Shown: positions 37,491 to 51,285 of the stretch, one piece after another
Position numbering within the stretch: position 1 is the first letter of the stretch
How the letters are laid out: every line of letters starts with the position of its first letter
Assembly: GCA_964658305.1 (NCBI GenBank)
Contig: OZ210885.1
Coordinates: 19,282,001-19,346,000, forward strand
Source of the DNA: Leptogorgia sarmentosa
Lineage: Eukaryota
DNA length: 64,000 nucleotides
Direction: 5' to 3'
Program-made: the position numbers and the translations under genes
The notes under the pieces: generated by a model
What the model was told of the DNA's origin: nothing
The model's database searches: none
What the model saw: only the letters and a program-made list of their open reading frames with translations

Positions 37491-40264
37491 ACTTTGAACA
37501 GAACAACACAGCATGACATAAAGATATAATTATCTCAATGCGACATGCTGCTAACGTTAGTTGTACATAAATGTGTATTATAAATCGAAGCCCTAATAGT
37601 TCTCATACCCTTCCATGGTTTACAGAGAAATCTTGGAGACCAAACAGGAACGATCTTTCTGATGCCCCAGGCATCCATTTTTGTAAATTGTCCCAATACT
37701 CAAATAGGTCATGACATATATTGGTTGGAGTTCCAGGCCAGAAATGATTATAAATACAATTTTCAATAGTGATTTTGCACGGTATTTCAAACAAACAGCT
37801 ACAACATTTATAACTAGAGACAAGATCAAGTTCATATCGGCCTGAAATAGAGAAAAAAGTCCATATACTTGAATCAGAATAAAATAGGTTGCCCATTTGG
37901 TAATGAATTTCACCATACACACTGAACATACCAAGTATTTAATCTTCCTATGAATGCTACCTACCTCTCATAGTAAACACAATTACTTGAGTACCACTAT
38001 AGCAAGCATCAAATTGGGATTTCACACCACAGGAGGAACAGGACTTTGGTTGTTGGTGAATAGGAATTTGTTTTATCTATTGCACACATATACACAAATA
38101 AAAATATGGAAAATTTTCATCTTGCGCCTCTAAAATGAGCATGTTTGGATGAGGAAAGGATATATTGTAATGAGTTCAGGTGGAATATTCTTCAGAAAAT
38201 TTATCATTTCACAGCACTTACTGATTGTAATCATGCTTCCATCATCATTTATACCAGTGGTTGGTGGAACAAACTCATAATATCCAGAGTGGAACACTTC
38301 TCGATCATGAAATGGTAACAACTGATGGTGGCCTAAGTCACAACTTCCACAAAGATTTTGCATTCTGTCCCCAAAACACTGATTGCATCTGACTAATGCT
38401 GGCCTTTCTCCACATAGAGAGCAAACCTTTTTCATTTTGAGCTTGCAAATGAAGCATTGCTTTCATTAGTCTTGGTCTTGAAAATTCCCAACTAACATTA
38501 ACATTGCTCATTCTCCAAGACATAACTTTTTTCTTTTTTGGAAATCTCTGCATAAACTGCTGTGTATTTGCAATAAGGTCATCCAATGCTTCTATACAAT
38601 GTTATTATAAAGTAGAGTTTATAAGTTCATACTTGATTGCAGCCCAAACAAAAAAATTGCAAAGATTGCAGCCCAAAATGAAAATGTTTATACAGTTTCC
38701 TACATATATAGCCATGTATATACGTAACTCACATATATGCATGTGACAGTGTGTATGTTGTATTTGGGACTGGATGGATGTCTCTGTTTATTCATTTCAT
38801 GAGACATGATACAGAGGAATAATACCAACTTCTCTTGGGCTACCTAGCTAGCAAGCATTGCAGTATGTAAGTGTATGTAAATAATTATCCTATATTAACC
38901 TGAAGGATCAAAGATCTTAGGTGATCTAACTACTCTTCCGGATCTTGTTTTATACAATGTACCCAGGCTGGATCCTTCATTAGAATCATCACCTGAAAAA
39001 TTGAACTCCTTACTAGAAGAAGTCAGTTCTTTACCAAGTACTTGTGACTGCCCTTGCGTCTCAGGGGCTGTAGACTGACTGTCCGACAATTGAAGATTAC
39101 CTGGATCTTCCGGCATCTGCATCTTGATCTTGATATCATCATTAATTTTCACCTAAGGTGAAGGAGGGCCAGCTTGGCATATTTGCGCTCGATTTCTTCG
39201 CACAGCACCATTTGAAGTACTTATTACATATGACCTTGACGTGGGCTTCCTCACGACTTCACCGTACTGCCACGGACTTGATCTATTACGAGGGCATGGC
39301 TTGCTGTAGACATAGCTTTCAATTGGTACATTTGGATGTTTATTTCCAGCCTTCCTGTCACAAAACTTCTTCGCCTTCTCTCTTTTGAGACTGATTTCTG
39401 ATTGTACCAACTTTGACACAACTTTATCAGGCCCAAGCATCTTTGAGGGCACTGGAGATGCAAATATTTAGCTGAGCTAAATCGGGATCTTTCGCTGTTG
39501 CAGCCTGAAGACTTATCGTCGTCTTTGGTAGAAGCTGCGGATTTGCTAAGGCATCAAGTTGTTCAACTTCCAGTCTGAACACATCAAAATTGTTCTGTTT
39601 CCTATTGTCTACACTAGAGAGTGGTGCTCTAGACAACGTATCTGCCAACACTAAACTAGATCCTCTCTTATAAACCATGTTAATGCTGTATCTCTGTAAT
39701 CTCATCATCAATCGCTGCAGTCTCCTTGGCGCTTTGGAAAGTGGTTTTTTAAATATTGTCTCGAGGGGCTGATGATCTGTGTGTACTGTTATTTGTTTAC
39801 CATATAACCACAGATCCCACTTTTCACACGCAGCACAGATGGCTAAAGTTTCTTTCTCTATTTGTGCCCACAAAATTTCATTTGAACGCATGGTGGACGA
39901 GGTAAACGCCACTGGTTGAAGCTTGCCTTGAACTGTGGGTTGAAGCATATTGCTCCACCAAGACCAGTTTCCGATGCATCAGCTTGAAGCACGACAAGTT
40001 TACAGGGATCAAAGTACGCCAGACAGGGTGCATTTGCAATCAATTCCTTAGCTTTTTTAAATGCCTTCTCATGTACTTCTGACCATACAAATTGTATTTC
40101 AGATTTGATCAAATTCTGCAGAGGATGAACTACATCTGACAATGCAGGGCAAAAGGTATGCAAGTAATTGACCATGCCAAGAAACCTCTGAACCGAGCGT
40201 TTATCGTTAGGGGTAGGCATCTCAATAATAGATTCCACTTTACCTGGGTCGGGTAAGACACCAT

Positions 40265-43200
40265 TGTAGTATGTAAATGTAATTTATGTAATTATGTAAA
40301 TAGGTTCGTATGTAGGATATATAACTAGGATAGAGCAATTATAAATATATTTCAGTACAATACTACATTTGGCGACGAGGATGTCAAGATGGAGAGTTTG
40401 TTCACGGCAAACTGGATAAGACCTTTTCAATGGCTACCAGTAGAAGACAGGGGACCTAGATTTCTTGAATGGCTAGAAGAGGTTGAGGCAAAGTTTGAGT
40501 TAATAGATTGGCCCGAGAAAAGCGGCGATGTTAAAAAATGTAAAGCGTTTCTCGCCGTAGCTGGACCTGAAGTAAGAAACAAAGTTGGAACGTTGAAGCT
40601 CGATAAGGGGAACGACTATGAAACGTTAATACAAGGACTCAAGGAGGATTTATTGCGAGACGAGCCGCTGATTTTCCTTATATCACAAGCAATGGACATG
40701 AAGCAAGATGAACGTGAAGGAATAGATGACTTTGCGATGAGAGTTAGAAAGAAACATGAACGGATAAACTGGGATATTATAAAAGATAAGTATGATTTAA
40801 ATCATTTAATGATTGGGGTCACCATTACTAGAGGCACAACGAGTGCTAACATTCGTGAATATTGTTTATCGCGAAGTGGCGCACCCAACCTTGACGAGGT
40901 GTTGACTAAAGGTCGTTGTCGCGAAAGCATGAAACAACATGACAGAGAAATGATTGGCAATACAGACACTGCCGGACGAGAAATCGTTGTTAAAACAGAG
41001 CCTACGTTTGCAGTTAAGAGTAGTGGGGGAAAATATAGTGCTAAATTTCAGTTAGAAAAGAGTCAAAAAGCGATGTTTGAGTCAAGTAAGAAATGTAAAT
41101 TCTGTGGGTTTAATTGGCCACATCCCAAGGGACCAACAAGTTGTCCTGCATGGGGAAAAGAATGTCGCAAGTGTCTGCAAAAAAATCATTTCGCTCGATG
41201 CTGTCAAAATGAAAATCTGAAACAAGATTCAAAGAGAATCGTAAAAGCGACATGGAGATCTTGTGAATCGGCAGAATCATCAGACAGTGATGAAGGAACT
41301 GTCGGGCACGTGTATGAATTGCATAACACTAACAGTATGCATGAACGAGTAATGATTAATATTGAAGGGAAACCCATTAATTTCATTGTTGATACAGGAT
41401 CTAGTAGCGTAATTATGACAAAACAGACGTATTTAGAGTTTAGCAAGGATAAAAAGATTTCGCTCAGTAATTCAGATGTTAAACTTACACCATATGGCTC
41501 GGATAGTGCACTGAAATTGATGGGTAAATTTAAAGCTATGATGCACTACAATGATCAACAAATCCATGAAACGGTATATGTAGTTGATACACCAGTGCGA
41601 CAAAAGAATTGTTCTCTGTTGAGTAAAAGTGCAGCCGAGAAGTTGGGAATTCTGACGTTTAACATAGTAAACCGAACAGTATGTAGCGTAGCTCAAACAA
41701 AGAAGGGATTGAGTCCAAAGCTGCAAGAAGCTCTTCTTGAATATGAAGATAGGTTTAACGGTATTGGGACTTTGAAAGATAAGAGTGGGAAGACAAAATA
41801 TGTAAAGATACAAGTTGATCCAACAGTGAGACCAGTAGCACAGTCATATCGGCCACCCCCAGTTCACTTAGAAGATAAACTTCTTAAAGAGTTAGATAAG
41901 TGGGAAGACCCTAAAGCGACAGAAATAGGTCCGATAATTGAAAAAGTCCCCGACGATAAGCCGACAACCTGGTTGTCTAACCTCGTTGTAACACCTAAGA
42001 AGCTCAAGCCTGGTCAAGATATCAATGATATGGAAGTAAGACCAAGTGTTGATATGAGATGCCCGAATAAAGCAGTCCTCACAACGAAATGTCACATCCT
42101 GACGATACTAGAAGTACGGCGAAAATTGCAAAAGGCTGGTGCTACTAGATTCACGAAATTGGACATTCATAGAGGATATCTAAATATGGTTCTACACCCA
42201 GAGAGTAGAGCTATTACAACACATCATACGCCACGTGGACCGAGACAATTCACGCCAATGAATTATGGAACTAAATCAGCTGCCGAGGCATTCCAAAAAG
42301 AAATTAGTGAGGCATTAGATGGATTGGATGGCGTATTGAATATCAGTGACGACATACTGGTTTATGGAAAAGATGAAGAAGAGCATGATGATAATGTGGT
42401 TAGAGATGTAGAGAAAGAGATATCAGATTGGGTCCCGAGAAGTGTGAGTTCAACCTGCCAGAAGTTACATATTATGGGTATGTGTTATCTGGAGATGGTA
42501 TGAAGCCAGATCCACGGAAGGTTGCAGCGCTGAAGAGTGCGGAGCCACCAGAAAACGCTAGTGAATTGAGATCATTTCTAGGAATGGCAGGCTATAGTTC
42601 CCCATTTATTCATAAATATTCAGAAAAGACGGCAAGATTAAGAGAGTTACTCATGGCTTCCGAATACCGATGGACTTGTGCACACCAGAAGGAGTTTGAT
42701 GAATTAAAGGAATGCTTATCAAGCGAGACAACTTTGGCATACTATGTACCTGAGAGAGAAACTGAGTTAGTTGTTGATGGTTCTCCAAATGGAATTGGAG
42801 CTATTCTGGCACAGAAAGACCCTATTATGAATGAATTTCGACCTGTTGCATATTCAAGTAGGGCATGTACTGAAGTTGAAAAACGTTATTCACAAATCGA
42901 ACGGGAGTGCCTAGCTGCGACGTGGGCAGTTGAAAAGAATCAACAATACTTGATAGGAAAGAAATTTGATTTGATTACGGACCATCAACCACTGGTCAGT
43001 CTATTAAATAAACCTCTGAAGAAGGCACCACTTCGTATTGAAAGAATGCGTGTGAAGTTAATGGGATTTGACTTTGAAGTCAAACATCGACCTGGGAAGA
43101 ACAATCCAGCGGATTGGAGTTCAAGGCATCCAGAGAGATCGTTGTCAGAGAGACACCAGGAGTTAGAACAATATGTTAATTTAGTAATGGCGTCTAAGAA

Positions 43201-44635
43201 TATGAAAGCAATGACATTGGATCATGTCAAGTTCGAAACACCAGAAGATGAGACCTTGAAAAAGGTTATGCATGCAGTAAAGACACAACAAACCTTGGGT
43301 AAAGAGTCTGACGTACAGGCCTATGCGAGTGTGATGTCCGAATTATCGGTTATAGACGGAGTATTATTAAGAGGGGAAAGGTTGGTCGTACCCAGGAAAT
43401 TGCAGGAAAAAGTGGTGCAGGTTGCTCATGAAGGGCATCAAGGAATAACAAAAACTAAACGTTATTTAAGGAGCAGATTGTGGTTTCCAGGCATGGATAC
43501 GATGACTGAGAGAATTGTTAGAGGATGTATGCTGTGCCAAGTTGCAACGCCGCAAACGTCAAGGATGCCATTGAAGATGACGCCATTGCCTAACGAAACA
43601 ATGGAAAAAGTGGCTGCTGATTTTTATGGACCACTGCCTACGGGAGAGTATTTGCTTCTAGTTACTTGCAAATACTCGAGATATCCTTTCGTAGAGGTAG
43701 TAAATTCTACTTCTGCAAAGGCTGTGATACCTAAATTTGAGAGAATTTTTTCCGAGTTTGGATACCCATCGGAGATAATGACGGATAATGGTCCACCATT
43801 TCGCTCGCAGGAATTCAAGGAATATGCTGTACAGAGTTGGCTTTAGTATAAGAAATATTACGCCAGCAGAACCGAAAGTTAATGGTCAAGCAGAGAGGTT
43901 TATGAAGAATATTTCGAAGACGGTGCAAACAGCTATTGCCAATAAAGGAGATTGGAAGAAGGAACTGATGATCTTTCTCCGAAATTATCGTGCGACTCCT
44001 CATCAAACAACAGATAAAGCTCCAGCAGAATTGATGTTCCCTAATAGAAATTTCAAAACGAAAGTGCCTACCTTGAAACCTATTACCCCTTACCACCATG
44101 ATAAAGAGGTTAGAGAGCATGATCGTTTGAAGAAGGAGGCAATGAAAAGATATGCGGATAGTAAACGATATGTGAAAGAGCATAAGGTGAAAGTTGGTGA
44201 TGCTGTACTGGTACCTCAGAAGAAGAAAAATAAATTTACGACTCCATATCGTAATATAAAGTATATGGTAATAAAGGTAAAAGGGTCGATGATAACTGCT
44301 CGAAATGAATTAGGACATATCATCACTAGAGACGCATCGAAAATGAAGAAAGTTCAAGAACAAGAACTGGACACAGATGATGAAGAGACACCTAGATCAA
44401 ATGAATTGTTGAAAGAACCTGAAGATGAAGTGGAAGAAGTAAGCCAATCAAGAAGCGATCAGGATGCCGTATCTAAATCATTAAGACGTTCTACTAGAAA
44501 TAGGAAGGACACTAAAAACACAAAATATAGAGACTATATAGTGTAGTTTAATATTAATATTTGAATAATTTGAACTTGGACATATTATATAGCTATGTGT
44601 GGGACATTCTGGTGATATTTTATCAAGGACAAAAC

Positions 44636-44666
<31 letters not shown>

Positions 44667-44807
44667 TATATAGGGTAGTTTACGTATCTAAAAAAGGGGA
44701 GAAATGTAGTATGTAAATGTAATTTATGTAATTATGTAAATAGGTTCGTATGTAGGATATATAACTAGGATAGAGCAATTATAAATATATTTCAGTACAA
44801 TACTACA
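40265..44807 (+). mobile_element. Full-length Ty3/Gypsy LTR retrotransposon (Mag-like) inserted in the RT of the older Gypsy
   Basis: 103-bp LTRs 40265-40367 and 44705-44807 with no difference seen, TG..CA ends, TSD ACCAT, PBS TGGCGACGAGGATG (tRNA-Ser GCU type), PPT AAAAAGGGGAGAAA. Confidence 0.97.
40389..44546 (+). pseudogene. gag-pol polyprotein with two frameshifts (~42410, ~43830)
   Basis: Two Cys/His knuckles, protease VDTGS, RT ISDD, RNase H, HHCC and DDE integrase across ORFs 40389-42503, 42428-43846 and 43788-44546. Confidence 0.92.
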
Positions 44808-47202
44808 ACCATCTTCTGTTATAACATGGCCCATAAATCTAATTTTCCTCAGCTTAAACTGAACTTTACTAGGATTAAGTTTCGGGTTCCTTTCTAAAAC
44901 TCTCTTCATAAAATAATTGAGGTGTTTATCATGAGCAGCCTCAGCTTCTTCTGGAGAACTCCCAAGACCATATATCAAAACATCGTCTGCGATGTTGAAG
45001 ACCCCTTCAAAACCATCTAATGCTTCATGTATTCGTTGTTGGAATTCCTCTGGTGCAGAAGATATACCATAAGGCAAACAAAGCCACCTATAGCGTCCCC
45101 AAGGGGTTTGCATTGTGGTTGTGAAACTTGACTTTTCATCCAGTTGTACTTGGGTGAAACCGTCTAGAGCATCAACTATAGTAAAACATTTATACGTTTT
45201 TTGGCTGAGTTTAGGCAGAAGTTCTTGTAAAGTTGGGATTGTGTATTTAGGTGTAACAATGGCTTTGTTAACTGTCTGACTGGGATCAAGGCAAAGTCTA
45301 GTTTTCACTTTGCCATTTTCTTTCACTTTCTCTACAACAGTCATATTGGAACACCAATCAGTGGGCCCTTCAACTTTTAGAAGCTTTTTAGCTGCAACCA
45401 TCTCATCTAATTTCTTTTTTACTCGATCACGTTTGGCGACAGGGATCCGGTGTATGGGTGCATGCACAGGGAGGGTGAACTTTAGGATCAAGTACAAATG
45501 AAACTGGTTTCCCCAAATTCCCAAGGCCAGAAAAGGATTCAGAATGGTTTGCCACAAATTCATCTTTGGCAAGATTTTCTTTCAGGTCAGAGGACATGAA
45601 ACAGTTGTCATCATTGTTTACAGAACAGCCAATATCAGTGGCTACAGCCGTCTTATTTTGGCTACTCATATGAACTCTGGATTTATCATACTTGATAAGT
45701 TCTAACTTGATGGAGTCTGCAGCACCAAGCAAAGCTGGCTTATTCTTTATATCCCTATTATCAACAACTTGAAATGTAATGAACTCAAATTTCTTTGGTG
45801 CTTCACATAACAAAGTAACCGTTCCTAATGGCTTAATAGGATTGCCACAGTACGAAAATAATGTTGACCTTGTGGGCTTCAAATCATTTACAGAACCAAA
45901 TCTTAAGTACATATCAAGTGGCATTGTGTTACAAGTTGCTGCAGTATCAACTTGAAAAGGAACACGTTTAAATTTGTTACTCTTATTAGACAATGATGGA
46001 GAAGTAAACAATTTCTTTGGGGATTTTCCTGATACATCATAAATAGATTCACACTGAGTGTCTAATGACAGTGCAAAATAGTTTAACTGCTCACCTTCAT
46101 CAGTATCAGAGGAGTTATCTAAAGCATTAACTTGTCCTTTTACTTGCTTTTCATTCCGAGTTTTACCAAGCCACTGCTTTTTAAAATAATCTTTAGGACT
46201 TCGATAGACAATTGCAAAGTGAATTGCCCCATAACAATTTCGGCAATAAACTCCAGGCTTACCAGCTGGACAAGTTCGTCTGTTATGAGCTTCCTTGCCT
46301 CCACGATATCCACATATCTGCACTTTCTTCAACCTTTGTTGGTCATTCCACCTTTTTGGTTGTTGATATCTGGATGTATAATTCACCTGTTCATCAGTAT
46401 GTTGCAACTCCATTACTTTAGTGTTAATATTGTTAGACGCCTCCCACGCTTTTGCTTTATTAACAACTTCAGCGAGAGTGACCACTGTACCATCATCTTT
46501 CTTATGTCGCAAAAGTTCAGCTCTTAATTTATCATTGTATATTCCAGTTACAAATCTGTCCCGAATAAGTTCCTGTTCAGGGTTTGTCATTTTGTTGTAT
46601 TCGCATTTAGACCCATGCTATTTGCATCGAGACTCAAACTCAGCAATGGACTCATGAGGCTTCTGCTTACAAGTCTCGATAAAATTCATTCTCTCAGCTA
46701 GGACTGTGTCCTGACCAGCATAATGAAAAAGGAACTTTCTCTGCCATACCCACGGCTTACCGATAAAAGTATCTTCGTCATTTTCCCCACTTGTTGTGGT
46801 CATAGTGGGTACAATAGTCGATTTAACCATTCTCAAAACGTCAAGAGGTAACGCCAATCTAAACGCACTTATCTCCATAGCGTAATGAGCTCTTTTCCAG
46901 TGGCTTGGATCATTTGTTGGTTTTGCTGTGTCTCGAAATCCTTGTAATATACACCAATCATTAAATTGATCCAGCCATAACTCAACAGCTTCTTTCTTAT
47001 CTTCACATGTGCCCAGATCTAACTTAGGAGGTTTAGTTTTTGCCATCCCACTCCTGACACCAAGTTACTATAGCTGACTTTATTAACTAATAAACCAAAA
47101 TACTAAAATACAAGCTTTTTATATTACACGGTTGCCATCTTTTTAACCCCATCCCTAATTGTCCATCATCACTTATGCTATCCCTATAAGTACACAGTAA
47201 CA

Positions 47203-47612
47203 ATGGTAGGCTAAGCCTACCACACTCGTCAGGTGTCTCAACTTTAAGATTGCATGGAAAATAATCAAGCGATGTAGATCATATTCGAGCATCACAAAGA
47301 AATGCAATTTATGTCTGCACAAGAAATTTATTATTTATCACCCACACTTAGGCACTTTGAACTCTCGTACCAAACTCTTTTCCTCCTGCAAACACAGAAA
47401 GAAACACCTACTCAGCAACCACTAGCTAATTTGTTATTCCGCACATATTTTTAGCACGACGTCATGTAAACATACTATCAAGTTTCTTATAGGCATAACA
47501 TCATTAGCGATCAACACCTGACGAGTGTGGTAGGCTTAGCCTACCATACGAAACAAATTTGTAGTGTTAATAAAGCTTATGAAATAACTCAAGTTTGAAT
47601 CTTCTACTATAT
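47203..47612 (+). mobile_element. Penelope-like element 3' fragment with inverted partial pLTR
   Basis: GIY-YIG C-terminus WKIIKRCRSYSSITKKCNLCL..LNSRTKLFSSCKHRKKHLL at ~47240-47425; 47203-47236 is the reverse complement of 47514-47547. Confidence 0.85.
47513..47568 (+). ncRNA. Type I hammerhead ribozyme
   Basis: Stem I AACAC/GTGTT, core CTGACGA, stem II GTGTGGTAGGC-TTA-GCCTACCATAC, GAAAC, short palindromic stem III ACAAATTTGT, GTA cleavage triplet 47561-47563. Confidence 0.88.
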
Positions 47613-49746
47613 AATGTATATATATATTCCTGTAACATCCTCTATATTTTAGTGATTCTATACCCAATTGAGATAGCATTCACTAAGAATTGTCCAAGAA
47701 TAATTGTCGAGATTAGTGGAGAAAAACCAAAAGCTGCCTCTGAAAAAACTACAAACACTATACCACTATTATCTGATGAAGATAAAAATGAATTAAATAG
47801 AGTGTGTGTATGCATTAAAAAGATCTATACATTGTCATTCTATACATTTTAAAGGTTTGTCTTTCAGCATGTGTATTCATGTTGTTTACTTACTTTCAGA
47901 GCTTAAACAAAGAGTTAACCAAAGAAGATCTCGCAAAATATCTTAGAGAGCTTGGGTACATTGGACGTACAATTATTCCACAATTAGACAAGTTTACAGA
48001 AAACAAAAAGTTCGGCGCCTTTCCTCACCCAATCAGTGTTGCCATTGGTCCTTTTGGTAAACTTTTCTTCCTAAGTTGGGATTCCAACATAAACTGCTCA
48101 AAATTTGTGATGACCACCCTTCACAATCCTGTCCAAAATTTTGTCACTTTGAAGGAAAATACTCAAGCAAGATGTATTTATTATTGCCGTGGCGTAGTTT
48201 ATCTTTATGGTTCAAATGCGTCCTTATCGTTTTTAGAATTGAAACGGGGAACATTGACTTAAACAGCTGATAGAGAAGCTAATGCAATATAATCTTTCAA
48301 CCACTGGCACAATGAACGTTTATGCCAAATATGCAAGAAGACAATTATCCTTTGATGAAATCAACTTTTGGGAATCAGAAGAGCCTCTGTCATTTGATGC
48401 TTTGTATGTGATTGATAATCAGATGATGTATGCTTCAGCTGCATCAAGTCACAGTATTGTAAGCATTACTTTGGAAAACAATGGTATTGGAATTCGTGGT
48501 AAAGAACACCTCTTGTTGAAGTTTGCAGCTGATTGGCTTACCGTGTGTTCCCATCTACGTTAACGGATCGAAAATGTTTATTGCACATGCAAGGGGAATC
48601 GATGTCATTTCGCTAGATAGTTTGGAATTTCAATCCCGACTTGTAGAAATACCATCAATAGAAGTACTTTCTATTAGTACTATGGCTGCATACAAAGAAA
48701 GAATAATTTTTACAGATCCTGACAAACACAGAATTATGTCATGGTCACCTGCAAATCGACTAGAAGTATTTGCTGGCAGTTTCAACAACCCAGGAAACCA
48801 AGATGGTCCTGCACTCTGCTGTCAATTTTATCAACCAACTGGGATTTGCATCGAGTTGGATAATGTAGTATATGTATGTGATTCCCAGGCAGGTTGTATT
48901 AAGATCTTCTCCACTCTTATTTACACCTTCCAACTACTCAGTGCGATCGGTAAACTGTATACAGCTTTTTCAGTACATGGCAAACACCAAGGTTACCAGC
49001 AATGCTCGCTCGATGAAGCTATACATCTTATTGAATCTTGCCTTACTATTCTTCGTGAAAACGAATCTATGATAAGAGATTCATATGACGAATCACCTAA
49101 TTCGCTGAACGGTCCGAAAGGAAACGTTGCATCTAAAACCATAGATTCAGTAGCACTCATCAAATGGGCGCTTGAAAGGCTGCGAACGAATACTATTCAA
49201 TGGAATTACACAGCCACTAATTTACTCAGCTGCATGACACTTGATGTTGAAAACCTGCACGCTGTTGTCCATTTCAAGGAACCACTGTACTCTGTTTTGC
49301 AGTACGCTCGTAATTTTGGTAAAGCCCTTAAAGAAGCTCTAAAGAGAACAACAAACTGGTCAGCTATTTACTACACCAATCCAAAGTCGTGGTATCCAGT
49401 GCCCGACTGCGCAGCAAGATTTGTTGATGTACCTGAAATTAAACCACTGCCACCTGGAAATGCCACAGCTGAGGAAATACGTGCTTTGTGTGACTGGGCA
49501 CAATTGTTTGGTGCCGCTGTGAGACAGAACCGTAAGGCAGGAAACAACAATGGCAAAAGCAGGAACACTACCTGGGTACATGTATCGTACTGTGGCGTGA
49601 CATGCTCCAAGTATTATGTAAATATGTAAATAGTCTAATTGAATTGCCAATTAGGTGTACACTTGTATAAATAGGTGTTTTGCTTGTAATAAAGTTCTTG
49701 TTGTGAAACTCATGTTGGGCTAGCACGTTACAATTGGTAGCAGGAA

Positions 49747-51285
49747 GTGGTTGAACGATTCAGTGATACATTTATGAGCGATATGCCGGTGACTCGAAGT
49801 CAGCAGCGAGGAGAATTAACAGATGAAGGTGCAAGCCAAGGTGCAGACGACGAACGGCTGAGTGAAGACGAAGCGAGTGAAATTGGCCTTGAAGAAACGC
49901 TGCACTCTGTGAAGGGAGTATTGGGCGAGATAAAAGACGAAGAAAGCAAACTTAAAGAATTATATAAGCAAGTTTCGGGGGAGAATCGTGTGTTAGCTGA
50001 GCGAATTGAGCGTTTGGAATCACAGGACACGGTTGGTTGGATAAACTGCCAGGCCGACTTGGAAACTCGGATAAACAGTCTACAAGGAAACATTGAACGT
50101 TTAACGGCCACATCGCGTTCGTATGAGGAGATAGAACGTCAACTTGAAACATCGTCTGCGGAAATTCGAAGTGTTCGTACGCATTTTACGGAGAGTTTTG
50201 AAGGATTACTTAGCGCTGTAGAGGGCCTCGATAAAGAACTGCAGTCAACCGTAGCTGATTTGCAAGGCAAAATAAATGACATTAGTAAACTTTGTTTACC
50301 AGGGAGTCCAAAAGCCAAGTCTACAGAAATGAAAACGGGCAGACGAGATTTGTCTTTCAACGAAACGCGTGGCTCAAGTCAGCAAGTTAAGGAGAGTAAT
50401 TCGCTACGGAAACAAAAACCAGTCCAACCGTGCCCGAAGTTTAGTGGAAAAACATCCTGGGAAGTATTTCAAGCTCAGTTTAGCATTGCTGCAGAGATGA
50501 ATGGATGGCAAGACGATGATAAAGCTGTTTTTCTGGCGACGGCGTTAGAGGGGAGGGCTGCGATGGTACTGGGTAGTCTGTCCGATAAAGAACGGCGGGA
50601 TTATAACAAGTTAGTGACTGCTCTAACCGTACGGTTTGGGATGGCTCATCAATCAGAATTGGCCAGAGCTAAATTGAAATGTCGATCAAGGGGCAAAGAA
50701 GAGTCCATACCAGAGCTAGCTGAAAGCGTGGAGACTCTAACGAGAGCTGCGTACCCTGATGCTTCGTCAGACCTTCAGGACACTATCGCTAAAGACAACT
50801 TTATCGATGCTCTACTGGACGAGGACATGCGGTTAAAGGTTCGTCAAGCAAGACCACAGTCCCTCCAAGCAGCACTGGAAAACGCCTTGGAATTAGAATC
50901 CTTCCAATTGGCCTCTCGACACCGAAATAGAACTCCTCGTGGACCATCTTTGAACGTGCGCAAAGTCAATGAAAATATCCCTCCAGAAAGTGACGAAAAC
51001 TCAAGTATCAAACGCCTTGAATTAATGATTGATCGGTTGTTGCAAGAGTTAACAAAGAACCCAAGACGTCGCCCACCCCGTCCACCGACGTCCGCCAAAT
51101 GTTGGTCCTGTGGTGAACCTGGTCATCTGCAAAGGAATTGTCCAAAAGAAAGCAAAGAACAAACGAACGAGCCCAAGAATGAAGTTAGTAAAGAAATGGA
51201 AACAAAGAAAGAAGACCAACAAAGAAAGCTTAGGCGCGAAGCTTCCGACAAATCCCGGCCGGGAAACGGGAGGTGGTCGAGCTAG
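49747..51285 (+). CDS. Gypsy Gag (coiled coil, capsid, CCHC knuckle)
   Basis: KFSGKTSWEVF..AEMNGW, EESIPELA, CWSCGEPGHLQRNC. Confidence 0.92.
   Translation: MVERFSDTFMSDMPVTRSQQRGELTDEGASQGADDERLSEDEASEIGLEETLHSVKGVLGEIKDEESKLKELYKQVSGENRVLAERIERLESQDTVGWINCQADLETRINSLQGNIERLTATSRSYEEIERQLETSSAEIRSVRTHFTESFEGLLSAVEGLDKELQSTVADLQGKINDISKLCLPGSPKAKSTEMKTGRRDLSFNETRGSSQQVKESNSLRKQKPVQPCPKFSGKTSWEVFQAQFSIAAEMNGWQDDDKAVFLATALEGRAAMVLGSLSDKERRDYNKLVTALTVRFGMAHQSELARAKLKCRSRGKEESIPELAESVETLTRAAYPDASSDLQDTIAKDNFIDALLDEDMRLKVRQARPQSLQAALENALELESFQLASRHRNRTPRGPSLNVRKVNENIPPESDENSSIKRLELMIDRLLQELTKNPRRRPPRPPTSAKCWSCGEPGHLQRNCPKESKEQTNEPKNEVSKEMETKKEDQQRKLRREASDKSRPGNGRWSS

Larger units (their letters stand above)
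33441..38592 (-). pseudogene. KDZ (Kyakuja-Dileera-Zisupton) transposase with CxC3-like N-terminus and C-terminal cysteine protease-like domain; multi-exon, degraded
   Basis: CSLC..RCNQC..CGSCD..HQLLPFHDR, FWPGTP, HVDGNMKLYRF (~37155-37200), CGDSTWRAA..LDE, LSVMHAKAHSWSCQ, GEEVEQINSHFSRLG (~36325-36370), RYLEEVDVVRREM, last exon ORF 33441-34331. Confidence 0.8.
38895..47202 (-). mobile_element. Degraded Ty3/Gypsy LTR retrotransposon (Mag-like); 5' LTR only, integrase core deleted
   Basis: Putative 5' LTR 47063-47202, PBS TGGTGTCAGGAGTGGGAT (tRNA-Leu type) 47045-47062, gag, protease VDTAA, RT IADD, RNase H DAS/IEKE/TDH/ADTLSR, integrase C-terminal tail only. Confidence 0.9.
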
